This document shows positions 10,091-20,583 of a stretch of 64,000 nt of DNA, piece by piece. A program made the position numbers and the translations under genes. Source of the stretch: Flavobacteriales bacterium. Its GTDB lineage: Bacteria; Bacteroidota; Bacteroidia; Flavobacteriales_C; GCA-002722245. The notes beneath the pieces were generated by a model that had not been told where the DNA came from, did not search any database, and worked only from the letters and a program-made list of their open reading frames with translations. Location: positions 64,396-128,395 of the forward strand of contig CANFBW010000002.1 in NCBI GenBank assembly GCA_947444925.1. Direction: 5' to 3'. Positions within the stretch are counted from its first letter, which is position 1. The number at the start of each line of letters is the position of its first letter.

Positions 10091-11110
10091 ATGGGCAAAT
10101 CAGTATTGATCATATATACCGGAGGAACAGTTGGGATGATAGACGCAGGCAATGGCGTGCTACTGCCCTTTGACATTCACAATCTTTTAAAGTGGATTCC
10201 TGAACTTGGTCGCTTTGAATTTAAAATAGATTCGTTGGCTTTTGAAAGTCCTTTGGATTCATCGAACGTTGGCCCTAAAGAGTGGCAGCAAATTGGACAA
10301 ATGATTGCCGATAATTATGCGCAATACACCGGATTTGTAGTGTTGCACGGCTCCGACACCATGTCGTACACCGCTTCAGCGTTGAGTTTTATGTTTGATG
10401 GCTTGTCGAAGCCTGTAATCTTTACAGGATCACAATTGCCAATTGGTGCCTTGCGAACCGATGCGAAAGAGAATATTTTGACGGCCATAGAATTGGCTGC
10501 AATGACCGATAAGGAGGGTAAAGCACTTATTCCTGAAGTAGGTATTTATTTTGAAAATCATTTGTTTCGCGGCAACAGAACGATAAAGGCAAATTCAGAA
10601 AATTTCGACGCTTTTTTGTCCCCCAATTGTACGGCTTTGGCTGAGGTGGGCGTTCACTTTAAATTGAATGAAGCACAGTTGCGAAAACCTTCTGCTGCAT
10701 TTTCATTTAAATCAGGGCTGAGCGCCGACGTTGCGCTGCTCAAAGTTTTCCCTGGTTTTTCAGCCAAGGTTTTCCAAAGTGTTTTCGACAATCAGTATTT
10801 GAAAGGCTTGGTGCTCGAAACCTATGGTACTGGAAACATTCCGCAGGACAAGCATTTGATTGCGGGCTTGCAACAGCTCTCTGAGCGGGGCGTGCACGTT
10901 ATGGTGGTGACGCAGTGCGTAATGGGCAGTGTAGAGCTGGGGCGCTATGCAACGAGCACTGATTTAAAAGCACTCGATGTTTGTTCGGGTCACGACATTA
11001 CTTCAGAGGCGGCGGTTACCAAAATGATGCATGTGTTGGCCAACAATAATAGTTCTGAAACAATCAAAAGCCAACTGCGCACATCTTTAAGGGGTGAAAT
11101 GACAGTTTAA
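10091..11110 (+). CDS. ansA: L-asparaginase, type I
   Basis: IIYTGGTVGM threonine-triad N-terminus. HGSDTMSYTASALSF. Length 339 aa. Confidence 0.85.
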   Translation: MGKSVLIIYTGGTVGMIDAGNGVLLPFDIHNLLKWIPELGRFEFKIDSLAFESPLDSSNVGPKEWQQIGQMIADNYAQYTGFVVLHGSDTMSYTASALSFMFDGLSKPVIFTGSQLPIGALRTDAKENILTAIELAAMTDKEGKALIPEVGIYFENHLFRGNRTIKANSENFDAFLSPNCTALAEVGVHFKLNEAQLRKPSAAFSFKSGLSADVALLKVFPGFSAKVFQSVFDNQYLKGLVLETYGTGNIPQDKHLIAGLQQLSERGVHVMVVTQCVMGSVELGRYATSTDLKALDVCSGHDITSEAAVTKMMHVLANNNSSETIKSQLRTSLRGEMTV

Positions 11111-11354
11111 GGCGGTAAACGAAAAATTTGCATGCAAATGAAATATTTGCCTATATTTTGCGTCTCTTAACCGAATTTTATGCTGTATCTTTGCAAGAGA
11201 TTTGCTATTTTCGCCCCACATTGTTGCGAATTATATAACAAGAACTTAACATTAAGTAAACAGAACTTGCCGACTTTTACGCTTTCTTTGTAAGGCACAT
11301 TTGTACGGCGATTAGAAAGAAATAAAGATTTTCAAAAACGATAAAAATTAGATT

Positions 11355-12161
11355 ATGAACAACGAAAATTCATTGGTAGGAGCGCTTAAATCAGGCTTTG
11401 CATCCATAGTTATTGTACTTGCTTTGGTGGTGTCGTACTTAGTATACCATTTTGTGTTGGGAAATCCAGCCAACTTTGAAGGTGGCAATCCTGAAAACAA
11501 TCCTCTCCAAGGAAATTTCTTGGGAATTGTGCACAAGGGAGGACAAATCGTGCCAATACTTATTTGTATCAACTTGTTGGTGATTACTTTCTCTATTGAA
11601 AGATTTATCACTGTTCGCCGTGCTAAAGGAAAAGGACGCATTGAATCTTTTGTGCGCAATATCAGAAATATGATCAGTGCAGGCAATGTGGACATGGCGA
11701 TTGCTGAATGCGACAAGCAAAAAGGTTCATTGGCAAATGTGGTGAAATCGGGATTGGAAAAATACAAAGCAGTGGACAAAGATGCATCTCTTGACAAGGA
11801 AGCTAAGATTGCTGCAGTGCAAAAAGAGGTAGAAGAAGCTACATCTCTCGAATTGCCAATGCTTTCAAAAAACCTCGTCATTCTTTCAACTTGTGCTTCA
11901 ATTGCCACATTGATTGGTTTGATTGGTACCGTATTGGGTATGATCAAGTCTTTCTCTGCTCTTGCAAACGCAGGCTCGCCTGATACAGTTGCTTTGGCAA
12001 CAGGTATTTCGGAAGCTTTGATCAACACTGCTTTGGGTATCATTGCTTCTGCCTTGGCGATTATTGCTTACAATTTTTTTACAACTAAAATTGATGCAAT
12101 TACTTACGGTATGGATGAGGCTGGATTCAGCATCTCTAAAACCATCGCATCTAAAAATTAA
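11355..12161 (+). CDS. exbB: MotA/TolQ/ExbB proton-channel protein
   Basis: C-terminal LGLIGTVLGMIKSF...ALATGISEALINTALGIIASALAIIAYNFF is a canonical MotA_ExbB domain. Confidence 0.85.
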   Translation: MNNENSLVGALKSGFASIVIVLALVVSYLVYHFVLGNPANFEGGNPENNPLQGNFLGIVHKGGQIVPILICINLLVITFSIERFITVRRAKGKGRIESFVRNIRNMISAGNVDMAIAECDKQKGSLANVVKSGLEKYKAVDKDASLDKEAKIAAVQKEVEEATSLELPMLSKNLVILSTCASIATLIGLIGTVLGMIKSFSALANAGSPDTVALATGISEALINTALGIIASALAIIAYNFFTTKIDAITYGMDEAGFSISKTIASKN

Positions 12162-12185
12162 TTTTACCAAGCGAATTTATAAGCC

Positions 12186-12815
12186 ATGCCTAAAGTAAAA
12201 GTACCCAGAAGCAATCCAAGCTTGGACATGACGCCCATGGTGGATTTGGCGTTCTTGTTGGTGACTTTCTTTATGCTCACCGCTACCTTTCGCACTGAGC
12301 AAGCTGTGGTGGTGGATACGCCATCTTCTATCTCTGAAAAACTATTGACTGACAATGTGTTGATGGTAACAGTTGATACTGCGGGGCGTGTTTTTTACAA
12401 CATTGACGATCAGAAAGTGCGCGTGAAAGTTTTGGAAAACATGGCCAGTAAATATGCTGTGAAATTTTCTCCAAAAGAAATCAAGGAATTTGAATTGATG
12501 AAAGATGTTGGCATGCCAATGGCAGATCTTAAAAAATATTTGGCAGCCGATCAAAGTGTGCGCATGCAAATGGATAAAAGCACCAAAGGCATTCCTTACG
12601 ATTCTATCACCAATGAATTGGCCGACTGGATTCTTTTCGGTCGCGTTGTAGATGCAAGTATTGCCGAGGAAAATGGAGAAGATGCTGATCGATTGAAAGT
12701 GGCCATAAAAGGAGATTCTGAAGCGAATTACGCCACCATTAGAAAAATAATGAAAGTGTTTCAAGATAAGAAAGTGAACAGTTTTAGTTTGGTAACCAAT
12801 CTTGAAGGAAAATAA
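12186..12815 (+). CDS. exbD: ExbD/TolR biopolymer transport protein (copy 1)
   Basis: DMTPMVDLAFLLVTFFM signature. Confidence 0.85.
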   Translation: MPKVKVPRSNPSLDMTPMVDLAFLLVTFFMLTATFRTEQAVVVDTPSSISEKLLTDNVLMVTVDTAGRVFYNIDDQKVRVKVLENMASKYAVKFSPKEIKEFELMKDVGMPMADLKKYLAADQSVRMQMDKSTKGIPYDSITNELADWILFGRVVDASIAEENGEDADRLKVAIKGDSEANYATIRKIMKVFQDKKVNSFSLVTNLEGK

Positions 12816-12821
12816 AAGGCA

Positions 12822-13445
12822 ATGGCAGAACTGAGTACAGACGACGGAGGTGGTAAAAAAGGCAAGCACCAAAAGCGGAGAGCTAAAAAGAGCTCAACGA
12901 AGGTGGACATGACGCCTATGGTTGACCTTGCCTTTTTGTTGCTGACTTTTTTCGTGCTTACGGCCACCTTTGGCAAACCCAAAACAATGGACATCAATAT
13001 GCCTGTTGATCCTAAGGACAAAAAGAATGTTACCAAAGTTGAAGATCAAACTGCAATGACGGTGCTACTCACAGAACGCAAAGAAGTGATTTACTATTAT
13101 TACGGTGTGTTGAAGCCCGGTACTAAAATTGATTCAACCGACTACGCCGCTAGTGGCTTGAGAAAGATATTGCTCGACAAGAACAAGGGCGTGATTGCCC
13201 AAATTGATGCCTTAAAAGCACAAAAGGAACAGGGTTTATTGGCCGACACCGCCTACAAATCAAAGGCTCAGCTGGTGAAATCCAATAAAGACGCCTTGTA
13301 CGTGATTGTGAAAACCAATGATAAAACAAAGTACAAAAGTGTAGTGGATGTGCTCGATGAATTGAATATTTGCGACGTAGATAAAAAGGCAGTAATGGAC
13401 ATGGCGCCTTCGGAAAAGGCAGCCCTCAAAAAGATTAACAACTAA
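12822..13445 (+). CDS. exbD: ExbD/TolR biopolymer transport protein (copy 2)
   Basis: VDMTPMVDLAFLLLTFFVLTATF signature, Lys-rich N-terminus. Confidence 0.85.
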   Translation: MAELSTDDGGGKKGKHQKRRAKKSSTKVDMTPMVDLAFLLLTFFVLTATFGKPKTMDINMPVDPKDKKNVTKVEDQTAMTVLLTERKEVIYYYYGVLKPGTKIDSTDYAASGLRKILLDKNKGVIAQIDALKAQKEQGLLADTAYKSKAQLVKSNKDALYVIVKTNDKTKYKSVVDVLDELNICDVDKKAVMDMAPSEKAALKKINN

Positions 13446-13448
13446 GTC

Positions 13449-14270
13449 ATGGAAAGAGACTCAGCGCTTGTTTCCAATTGGGACAACGTCACTTCAGATG
13501 GTAGAAATGAACTTGTTTTTGAAGGCAAAAACAAGGAATATGGCGCATACGATATTCGCAAGAAATACAACTTTTCTTTGCTGATTGGTATTGTGTCTGC
13601 TGCTCTTGTATTGACGATAGCGGTGTTGATTCCATTGCTCAATACGCTTTGGAATCAAGAGGAAGAAACAAAGCAGGAGGAGGAAGTAGTCGTGGTGTCC
13701 AACCTCGAAGAGTTGCTGCCCAAAGACAAAGTATTGCCAATGACGCCGCCACCACCGCCACCACCAGTGATGGAAAAAATTAAGTTCACCATTGTTGAAA
13801 TTACCGAAGAAGAAGTAAAGGATCCGCCGGTTGCACAAACGCAATTGGACGATAAGAAAATTGGAGAAAAAACGGAGAAAGGTGATCCTGATGCAACCGA
13901 TTTACCAAGTGTTGAAGCAAGTGATGATTTGCTGGGTGGTGGTGAAGACAATACGCATTATACGGTTGTTCAAAAGGAGGCAAAATATCCAGGTGGAATG
14001 GGGCAATTGGCACAAGACATCAAAGACAATTTCAACAGGGCTTTGGTAGACCAATTAGAGGTAAGCGACGGTTTGGAGCTTAGTTTTATTGTTACTAAAA
14101 CAGGCGAGATTGGAGAACTGCAAATCACAAAGAGTTCAGGCAGTAAGCTGGTTGATAAGGAAACCCTGCGCGTACTTAAATTATTGCCTCGTTGGACTCC
14201 TGCGATGAATGCCGGTAAGCCAGTGATCAGAACATTTGTGGTTCCCTTTGCTTTTGGCGAAGAAGAATAA
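13449..14270 (+). CDS. tonB: Energy transducer TonB
   Basis: Single TM segment, Pro-rich spacer (PMTPPPPPPPVME), C-terminal TonB_C-like fold (...AMNAGKPVIRTFVVPFAF). Confidence 0.8.
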   Translation: MERDSALVSNWDNVTSDGRNELVFEGKNKEYGAYDIRKKYNFSLLIGIVSAALVLTIAVLIPLLNTLWNQEEETKQEEEVVVVSNLEELLPKDKVLPMTPPPPPPPVMEKIKFTIVEITEEEVKDPPVAQTQLDDKKIGEKTEKGDPDATDLPSVEASDDLLGGGEDNTHYTVVQKEAKYPGGMGQLAQDIKDNFNRALVDQLEVSDGLELSFIVTKTGEIGELQITKSSGSKLVDKETLRVLKLLPRWTPAMNAGKPVIRTFVVPFAFGEEE

Positions 14271-14483
14271 TTTCAGCTATGCATCAATTTAAGCAAATTC
14301 TGTACTACTTCAGCGTCACGATGGTTTTTGTATACATAGTGCTTGCAGTGCTGTTGTTGTTTACGGATCTATTGCCGCAAATTCAAGAACCCAATCGAAA
14401 AGTACTTGGCATCATTTTATTCGCCTATACTTTATTTAAATCCTATAAAATATTTGTGCCGAAGCGCCGTCAAAATGTGGAGG

Positions 14484-15416
14484 ATGAAAATTGAAATTGC
14501 GATTTTATTTGTGCTTTTGCTGATTTTTTCGGCCTGCAATGAAACAGCGTCAAAGCCTTTAGATACTCCCACTCAAGGTTCCATTAGTATTGGTGTTGAC
14601 GACTCATATGCGCCCATTATGGAAGCGGAATTGTATGCTTTTCATTCCTTTTACAAATATGCCAAAATTACTGCGCGTTACAAACCTGAGGGTGATGCCG
14701 TGAAAGACTTGTTGAACGATTCTGTGCGTTTGGCGCTCATGAACAGAGAGCTCACCACTGCAGAACTTTCTTATTTTGACCGTTTGCATTTGCATCCGAA
14801 GACGTTGAAAATCGCTAATGATGCAGTGGCACTCATTGTACATCCTGACAATCTCGACACCATGCTGACCATGTCGCAATTAAAACGCATTGTGAGTGCT
14901 GACATTACTTCATGGAAGCAGTTGAATGTCGCATCTAAATTGGGAGATATTACGGTGGTATTTGACAATAAGAATTCAGGAAATGCACGTTATATGCAAG
15001 AAAAACTACTTGACAAGAAGTCTTTTCCAAAGAATTGCTTTGCTGCCAAATCGAACCCGGAAGTATTGCGCTATATTGCGGAGAACAAGGACGCGATTGG
15101 TATCATTGGTGTGAATTGGATCAGTGATAAAGACGATACACTGATGCGTGGTTTTTTGAAAAAAATAAAAGTAGTGTCACTCGCTTCATCAGATGCTGCA
15201 ATCCTGCCAGATGATTATTACCAACCCTATCAGGCCTATATCCAGCAGGGTACTTATCCTCTGTGTCGCAGCGTATATTTGGTCAGTAGAGAAGCGCGTG
15301 CAGGACTTGGCACGGGCTTTGCCGCATTTGTTGCCGGTGACAAGGGGCAACGCATCATTTTAAAGTCGGGATTGGTGCCTGCCACAGCACCTATTAGAAT
15401 TATCAATTTAAAGTAA
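14484..15416 (+). CDS. PstS-like periplasmic phosphate-binding lipoprotein (TonB-cluster associated)
   Basis: Lipoprotein signal (LLLIFSAC), PBP-like fold. Start chosen at the internal ATG 14484, because the upstream part of the 14343 ORF is non-protein-like. Confidence 0.65.
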   Translation: MKIEIAILFVLLLIFSACNETASKPLDTPTQGSISIGVDDSYAPIMEAELYAFHSFYKYAKITARYKPEGDAVKDLLNDSVRLALMNRELTTAELSYFDRLHLHPKTLKIANDAVALIVHPDNLDTMLTMSQLKRIVSADITSWKQLNVASKLGDITVVFDNKNSGNARYMQEKLLDKKSFPKNCFAAKSNPEVLRYIAENKDAIGIIGVNWISDKDDTLMRGFLKKIKVVSLASSDAAILPDDYYQPYQAYIQQGTYPLCRSVYLVSREARAGLGTGFAAFVAGDKGQRIILKSGLVPATAPIRIINLK

Positions 15417-15422
15417 AAGGAC

Positions 15423-17009
15423 ATGAAACAGGTTTTCTCTATTGCTATTCAAACAGTTTTTGCAGTGCTTATTTGTTCAAACAACTTGTGCGCACAAAAT
15501 CTTGCAGATGCAATCAAACAAAGCAACAACGAACAATTTGAAAGTGCCTCTGCTTCATTTGCGAAGTTGCTTGGAACAGAGGTCAATGCCGAAAATTATT
15601 TTTACGCGGGTGAAAATTTGTTCAAGTCAGGTGATCTTGATTCGGCGAGGGTAATGTATCAAAAAGGAAAGGAAGTGGCACCTGAAAACCCTATCAATAC
15701 CGTTGGTTTGGGCAAAGTCATATGGTACAGAAACGACACTGCGTCAAAGGCCCTGTTTGCAGAAGCGCTTGCGCTGTCGAAATCTAAAAATGCTTTGGTG
15801 CTATACAAGATAGCGGAGGCATACATTACAGCGGACAAAAAAAATCTTCCTGAAGCTTTTATTTTATTGAATTTGGCTGCCAAATTAGAGCCTAAGAATC
15901 CTGAAATATACATATTGATGGGTGACGCCTTTTTGGAACAAAACAATGGCTCTCAAGCCATTTTGCAATATGAAAAAGCCAATGAATTGGATGTGAAGTC
16001 AACAAAAGCGATTTTGCGCATCGGTCAGTTGTATGTGCGCACGCGCAACACGGACTTGGCCAATGAATACTACGATAAGGCGAATGCCATTGATTCTACT
16101 TTTGCGCCAGCCTATAGAGAAAAAGCAGAGTTGTATTATCAAGCACAACTTTTTGACAAGGCCATTGCGCAGTACAAAAAGTATTTGCAGTTGAACAACA
16201 ATTTGAGCGCTCGAATTCGCTATGCATCCTTTTTGTTTTTGAACAAGCAATACGCGAATGCAATTGTTGAAATGAATGAAATACAAAAGCGAGACACGTC
16301 GAAAGTGGTGTTGTACCGCCTTTTGGGCTATTCATATTTTGAAACAGCAGACTATGCCAAGGGAATTAGCAATATCAATACTTTTTTTGACAGGGTAGAA
16401 AAAAGCAAGATTAAAATTTTGCCCTCCGACTACCAGTACCAAGGTAAATTACTGTCGAAAACAGGTCAGGATTCATTGGCTGTTCTTGTTTTGACGAGAG
16501 CCATTTCTTTAGATACCACGCAAATTGATTTGTACAATGACTTGGGTACAGTGCAGTACAAATTGAAGCGTTATCCTGATGCAATTGCGTCTTTTGAAAA
16601 ACGCATCGCACTGCGCAACGGTGGATCGGTAAACGACTTTAACGCATTGGGTCGCGCATATTATTTCAACAAGGAATACAAAAAAGCGGATTCTATTTTT
16701 GCGAAAATAGTAGAAGCAAAACCTGAATTGGTGTTGGGGTATTTTTGGAGAGCGCGGTCGAACTCTAAAATGGATCCCGACTTGAAAAGTGGCGCAGCCA
16801 AACCCTATTACGAAGCTTTTATTGAACGCGCTTCGATTGATCCAGTAAAAAACAAGAAGGATTTAATTGAAGGCTACTCTTACAAGGGTTCATTTTTCGG
16901 CTTGGCGAAAGATTTTGCAAGTGCAAAAATATATTTTGCAAAAGTACTTGAGCTTGATCCGGAGAACGCAGCAGCTAAAACCTTTATGTCGAGTAAGGAA
17001 TCCAAATAG
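15423..17009 (+). CDS. TPR-repeat protein with signal peptide
   Basis: Multiple 34-aa repeats with the A/Y/L pattern (AxxYxxxG, LxxNP). Confidence 0.8.
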   Translation: MKQVFSIAIQTVFAVLICSNNLCAQNLADAIKQSNNEQFESASASFAKLLGTEVNAENYFYAGENLFKSGDLDSARVMYQKGKEVAPENPINTVGLGKVIWYRNDTASKALFAEALALSKSKNALVLYKIAEAYITADKKNLPEAFILLNLAAKLEPKNPEIYILMGDAFLEQNNGSQAILQYEKANELDVKSTKAILRIGQLYVRTRNTDLANEYYDKANAIDSTFAPAYREKAELYYQAQLFDKAIAQYKKYLQLNNNLSARIRYASFLFLNKQYANAIVEMNEIQKRDTSKVVLYRLLGYSYFETADYAKGISNINTFFDRVEKSKIKILPSDYQYQGKLLSKTGQDSLAVLVLTRAISLDTTQIDLYNDLGTVQYKLKRYPDAIASFEKRIALRNGGSVNDFNALGRAYYFNKEYKKADSIFAKIVEAKPELVLGYFWRARSNSKMDPDLKSGAAKPYYEAFIERASIDPVKNKKDLIEGYSYKGSFFGLAKDFASAKIYFAKVLELDPENAAAKTFMSSKESK

Positions 17010-17123
17010 CCTCGAATCTTTTGCAGATATTGTAAGTGATGATAAGGACAAAGCTCCTTTATGCGATCCAATTATTTTTTGTATTTTCGTGATACCTTGT
17101 TCATACAAGGGTCAATTGCATAG

Positions 17124-17208
17124 GGAGAGGTGTCAGAGTGGCCGAACGTGCAAGCTTGGAAAGTTTGTGTACCGCAAGGTACCGCGGGTTCGAATCCCGC
17201 CTTCTCCG
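17124..17208 (+). tRNA. tRNA-Ser (anticodon GGA), class II with long variable arm
   Basis: Acceptor stem ggagagg/cctctcc, D-arm gtcagagtggccgaa, anticodon stem caagc/gtttg with loop ttGGAaa, long variable arm, T-arm gggttcgaatccc. CCA not encoded. Confidence 0.85.
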
Positions 17209-17236
17209 CAGATAGATTGTGCAAAACAGTCTAAAA

Positions 17237-17270
17237 GCGTGTAAAATCAAGGTTTTACGCGCTTTTTTTA
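17237..17270 (+). terminator. Terminator downstream of tRNA-Ser
   Basis: gcgtgtaaaa...ttttacgcgc hairpin followed by T7. Confidence 0.5.
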
Positions 17271-17569
17271 TGTTCTTCAAATTCTAAAAAAGTCTAGGTT
17301 TGTCTATACTTTTGGTTTCTTAGCGGGTTTCTTTTTTTTGAAGCCAAAAAAGAAACCAAGCAATTAGACGTTAATAGACATAATAATACTGAAAAACAAT
17401 GAGTTAGGCGACTATTTTCCTCTTTGGAAACGTATGTTTGTAACATAAATAAAGGGGGGCACAACGTAAAAAATTGGTGCCAAATGTCGATAATCAGGTC
17501 GCCGTCAATATATTCATAATAAAGAATAATTTTCTTAATAATATTTTGACGCTTTGATAAATAAGCTAC

Positions 17570-18661
17570 TTAAACCAACTCCGACCTAAAAAGCAACTTC
17601 AAAAACTCACTCGATTCATAAGGTTTTTCCGAACAACAAATTGCCATTCCTTCCGCCAAAATTTCTTTGTTTATTTTTTTACCGATAAAAACAATTTTGC
17701 TCACTCTTTCTTCATTTCCCCAATTGCCAGCGGATTCGCTAACGTATTGATTGTTCACCGACTGAAAAACCAGCTTTTCTTCGAAATGCTTAAAGTTCAA
17801 AATCCCTTTCACCCTGTATAATTTGAAGGCCGCATCATTCAGGAGCATTCTCATCCAGATGTCAAATTTCAAAAGATCCAAAGGTTCGGAAAAAACAAAA
17901 CTACAGCTTGAAATATCGCTGTGCAATTGTGTTTTCTGATTGGGATTGAGTGCCGGGGATTTCTCTAGCGGCGAAGAAAAAGCGTTGAACGAAAGTCCGC
18001 CAAGTGAAGGCGTTTCAATTTTAGCATTTAAAATATTTTCTCTGCTGAAGGCTTTCAAATTTAAAAGATCAATTCCTTCTACCTTACCAAATGCAGACTC
18101 TCTGATGAGAGCCTGATTGTTCATTCTTTTGACAATATTGGTCACCGTTTCTTTTTGATATGCATCAACCTTATCTGTTTTATTGACCAGTACTACATCT
18201 GCTATTGCCACCTGTTTGCAGGCTTCTTCCTGATCTTCGAGTTGCTGTTCAATAAAACGGGCATCTACCAATGTAATTACAGCGTCCAATCGGAAAGCAC
18301 TTTGTATGGTTTCATCTGCCAAAAAACTCATAGCTACCGGAGCCGGATCAGCAATGCCTGTTGTTTCCACCACTAGGTGATGAATTCCCGGATGGGTTTT
18401 GATTAATTTTTGAAGAACAGTAATCAGTTCATCATTTAACTCACAACAGACGCAGCCGCTGGACAGCTCAAATATTCCGTCTTCAACACCCACCACTAAA
18501 TCGCTGTCGATGTTGATTTCCCCAAATTCATTTTCAATGACGGCGATTTTCTTTGTTGGATTTTGCCTGATTAATTCATTCAACAAAGTTGTTTTTCCGG
18601 CGCCGAGAAACCCTGTGAGAATGGTTACAGGAATTCTTTGATCTTGTTTGTTATTTTCCAT
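17570..18661 (-). CDS. COG0523 (CobW/YeiR/ZigA-type) G3E GTPase metallochaperone, paralog 1
   Basis: Walker [13 protein letters not shown], CxCC metal motif GCVCCEL, ETTGIADPAPV. C-terminal CobW_C-like segment. Confidence 0.8.
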   Translation of the reverse strand: MENNKQDQRIPVTILTGFLGAGKTTLLNELIRQNPTKKIAVIENEFGEINIDSDLVVGVEDGIFELSSGCVCCELNDELITVLQKLIKTHPGIHHLVVETTGIADPAPVAMSFLADETIQSAFRLDAVITLVDARFIEQQLEDQEEACKQVAIADVVLVNKTDKVDAYQKETVTNIVKRMNNQALIRESAFGKVEGIDLLNLKAFSRENILNAKIETPSLGGLSFNAFSSPLEKSPALNPNQKTQLHSDISSCSFVFSEPLDLLKFDIWMRMLLNDAAFKLYRVKGILNFKHFEEKLVFQSVNNQYVSESAGNWGNEERVSKIVFIGKKINKEILAEGMAICCSEKPYESSEFLKLLFRSELV

Positions 18662-19541
18662 AATCCAATAATTCTTTTCCTGAGTTTTTCATAAGTCCGA
18701 TAGCCCATTTAATAATGACAAGTGAACTGATAATACCTACGATAGCATCGAACGCAATCCAATCAAAATAATATCCGATGAGAAGGGAAACAATAGCGGC
18801 AATACTTGTGAGCATATCGGCCAGCACATGAAAATATGCCGCGCGAATATTGTGATCGCCGTGGTCATGATCATGATGAAGCACCTTTGCGCTAATTGCA
18901 TTTACAACCAATCCAATAATACCAACCAAAATAGCTTCCTTAAATTTAATTGTTTCGGGATGCATCAATCGCTCTATAGATTCCACCGACATTAGGAAAG
19001 CCACTATCAATAGTACTATAGCGCTGGTGTACCCTGCAAGCGATAAAATTTTAGCTGTTCCGTTTTTAAATTTTTCGTTTGCCTTGTGTCTTCGTGCAAA
19101 GTAATAGGCGATCCAGCAAAGTCCTATGGCAAAAACATGGGAAGCCATGTGCCAGCCATCGGCCAGTAAAGCCATTGAGTGTGAATGATAGCCAATGCCT
19201 ATTTCCAAAGCTACGGCCAGCACATTGATGAGTACTACTGTTTTTGCTTTTCGTTCGTGATCGTGATGATGGTGTGAAGGATTTTCACAAGAATGTTCAC
19301 TGCCCAAAGGCATTTCTATTTTTTGCCGGATATCTTTTTTGGTAACTTCCTCTAAAGGTTTTTCCAATAGATACCTGTTCATTTTACTGATATTTCCATT
19401 GGGAAAAACCATGATCACGGTAGTTCTGTTTTGACCGTTGGCATAACCCGTTTCAGAAATGAGAATGGAATGCTCCTCGTTGATGCGGAGTTTCCTTCTT
19501 ACCCATTCTTTTATTTTCTCTCTTAAATCTTCTGTTTTCAT
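18651..19541 (-). CDS. Minimal cation-diffusion-facilitator (CDF) transporter fused to an N-terminal ~90-aa domain of unknown function and a His-rich linker
   Basis: Six predicted TM helices with the CDF TM2 signature ALLADGWHMASH and TM5 HVLADMLTS. No C-terminal cytoplasmic domain. Linker HHHHDHERK and loop HHDHDHGDH. The N-terminal domain resembles the standalone ORF 21951-22214. Confidence 0.65.
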   Translation of the reverse strand: MKTEDLREKIKEWVRRKLRINEEHSILISETGYANGQNRTTVIMVFPNGNISKMNRYLLEKPLEEVTKKDIRQKIEMPLGSEHSCENPSHHHHDHERKAKTVVLINVLAVALEIGIGYHSHSMALLADGWHMASHVFAIGLCWIAYYFARRHKANEKFKNGTAKILSLAGYTSAIVLLIVAFLMSVESIERLMHPETIKFKEAILVGIIGLVVNAISAKVLHHDHDHGDHNIRAAYFHVLADMLTSIAAIVSLLIGYYFDWIAFDAIVGIISSLVIIKWAIGLMKNSGKELLDYGK

Positions 19542-19545
19542 AGAT

Positions 19546-20583
19546 TTACGCGCGAATATCCATTATTACTATTTCTCCGTTTTTGCTTCCGGTGGCCAGT
19601 TGTAAATCGTTGGGAGCCCACATTAATGACGTAAGTTCGTTGCCTATTTTCCATTTAACAACAGCTTTGTCTGAACTTTCGGGATACCACAATACTACTC
19701 TGCCCTCCACATCAGCAGAGGCCAGTAATTTTCCTTTGTGCTGAAATTGCAGGGCACTGATTTTAGTGGAGTGTCCCGACAGTGTTAATGGCGCTGTACC
19801 GATGGGAATTTTTCCAGCGAATTTCCACAGAATCAATTCAGCATCATTCGGAGTAGCGAGGAATTTGGCTTCACTGTCCCAAGCCATATTTCTTAATTTT
19901 CCGGGATAGCCCGACATTTGAAAATCGCTTTTAAGCAGATAAGGCAATGGCCACACATGAACACAATTGTCCTGCGTTCCTGCACAAATGAATTTTGAGT
20001 CGGGACTCCAGAAAAGAGAAATCATGGAATTTTGCCAAGGCAAAGTTTGATACGGTTCTTTTTCTTCCACCTTAATTATTTTCACTCCGCCATAGCAGGC
20101 ATAAGCCATTTCACTACTATCGGCTTTCCAGCATAAAGAAGCAATAGAACTGCCTGCTTCAATATACTCATGAATCAGTTCGCCCTGCGCCGACCATAAC
20201 CTCAAAAGTTTTCCTGACGCGCTGGCAAAATATTTTCCGTTGGGCGACCAGTTTACATGCTCCACCCAATGGCTACCGCCTTCCAGTTCTTTAATCGTAT
20301 TTCCTGCCTCGGTATCCCACAAGCGGATTTTTCCATCCTGTCCGCCGGAAAGAAATTTATTTTCCTGAGGAGAATGCGCCAAACAAATAATGCCTGAGGC
20401 ATGTGCTTCGGCGTGAGTGTAGGTTTGTGTGGTTTTAGTATTGATCACACAAATTTCTCCGGCAGCCGAAGAAGCGCAAAGCCACTGCGCATCTTTTGAC
20501 CAGCTCAAGCCGGTAATGTAATCCTTAAGCTGCGTGCGCCACACTTCCTGATTATTTTGCGTTTGTAATTCTTTGTTCATCAC
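19546..20583 (-). CDS. WD40 beta-propeller protein
   Basis: About seven repeats ending in hydrophobic-W-D/S ([36 protein letters not shown]). Confidence 0.75.
   Translation of the reverse strand: MMNKELQTQNNQEVWRTQLKDYITGLSWSKDAQWLCASSAAGEICVINTKTTQTYTHAEAHASGIICLAHSPQENKFLSGGQDGKIRLWDTEAGNTIKELEGGSHWVEHVNWSPNGKYFASASGKLLRLWSAQGELIHEYIEAGSSIASLCWKADSSEMAYACYGGVKIIKVEEKEPYQTLPWQNSMISLFWSPDSKFICAGTQDNCVHVWPLPYLLKSDFQMSGYPGKLRNMAWDSEAKFLATPNDAELILWKFAGKIPIGTAPLTLSGHSTKISALQFQHKGKLLASADVEGRVVLWYPESSDKAVVKWKIGNELTSLMWAPNDLQLATGSKNGEIVIMDIRA

Noticed and set aside
11348-12043. 231-aa minus-strand ORF antisense to exbB
   Set aside because: It is completely contained within the exbB coding region, whose product has an unmistakable MotA/ExbB signature, so it is a shadow ORF.
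14279-14494. 71-aa ORF immediately upstream of and overlapping the PstS-like gene
   Set aside because: It could be a genuine small membrane protein. But it overlaps the predicted lipoprotein start and has no supporting motif, so it was not called.
16867-17244. 125-aa ORF spanning the end of the TPR gene and the tRNA-Ser
   Set aside because: It overlaps a confidently identified tRNA gene and a terminator, so it is a spurious reading frame.
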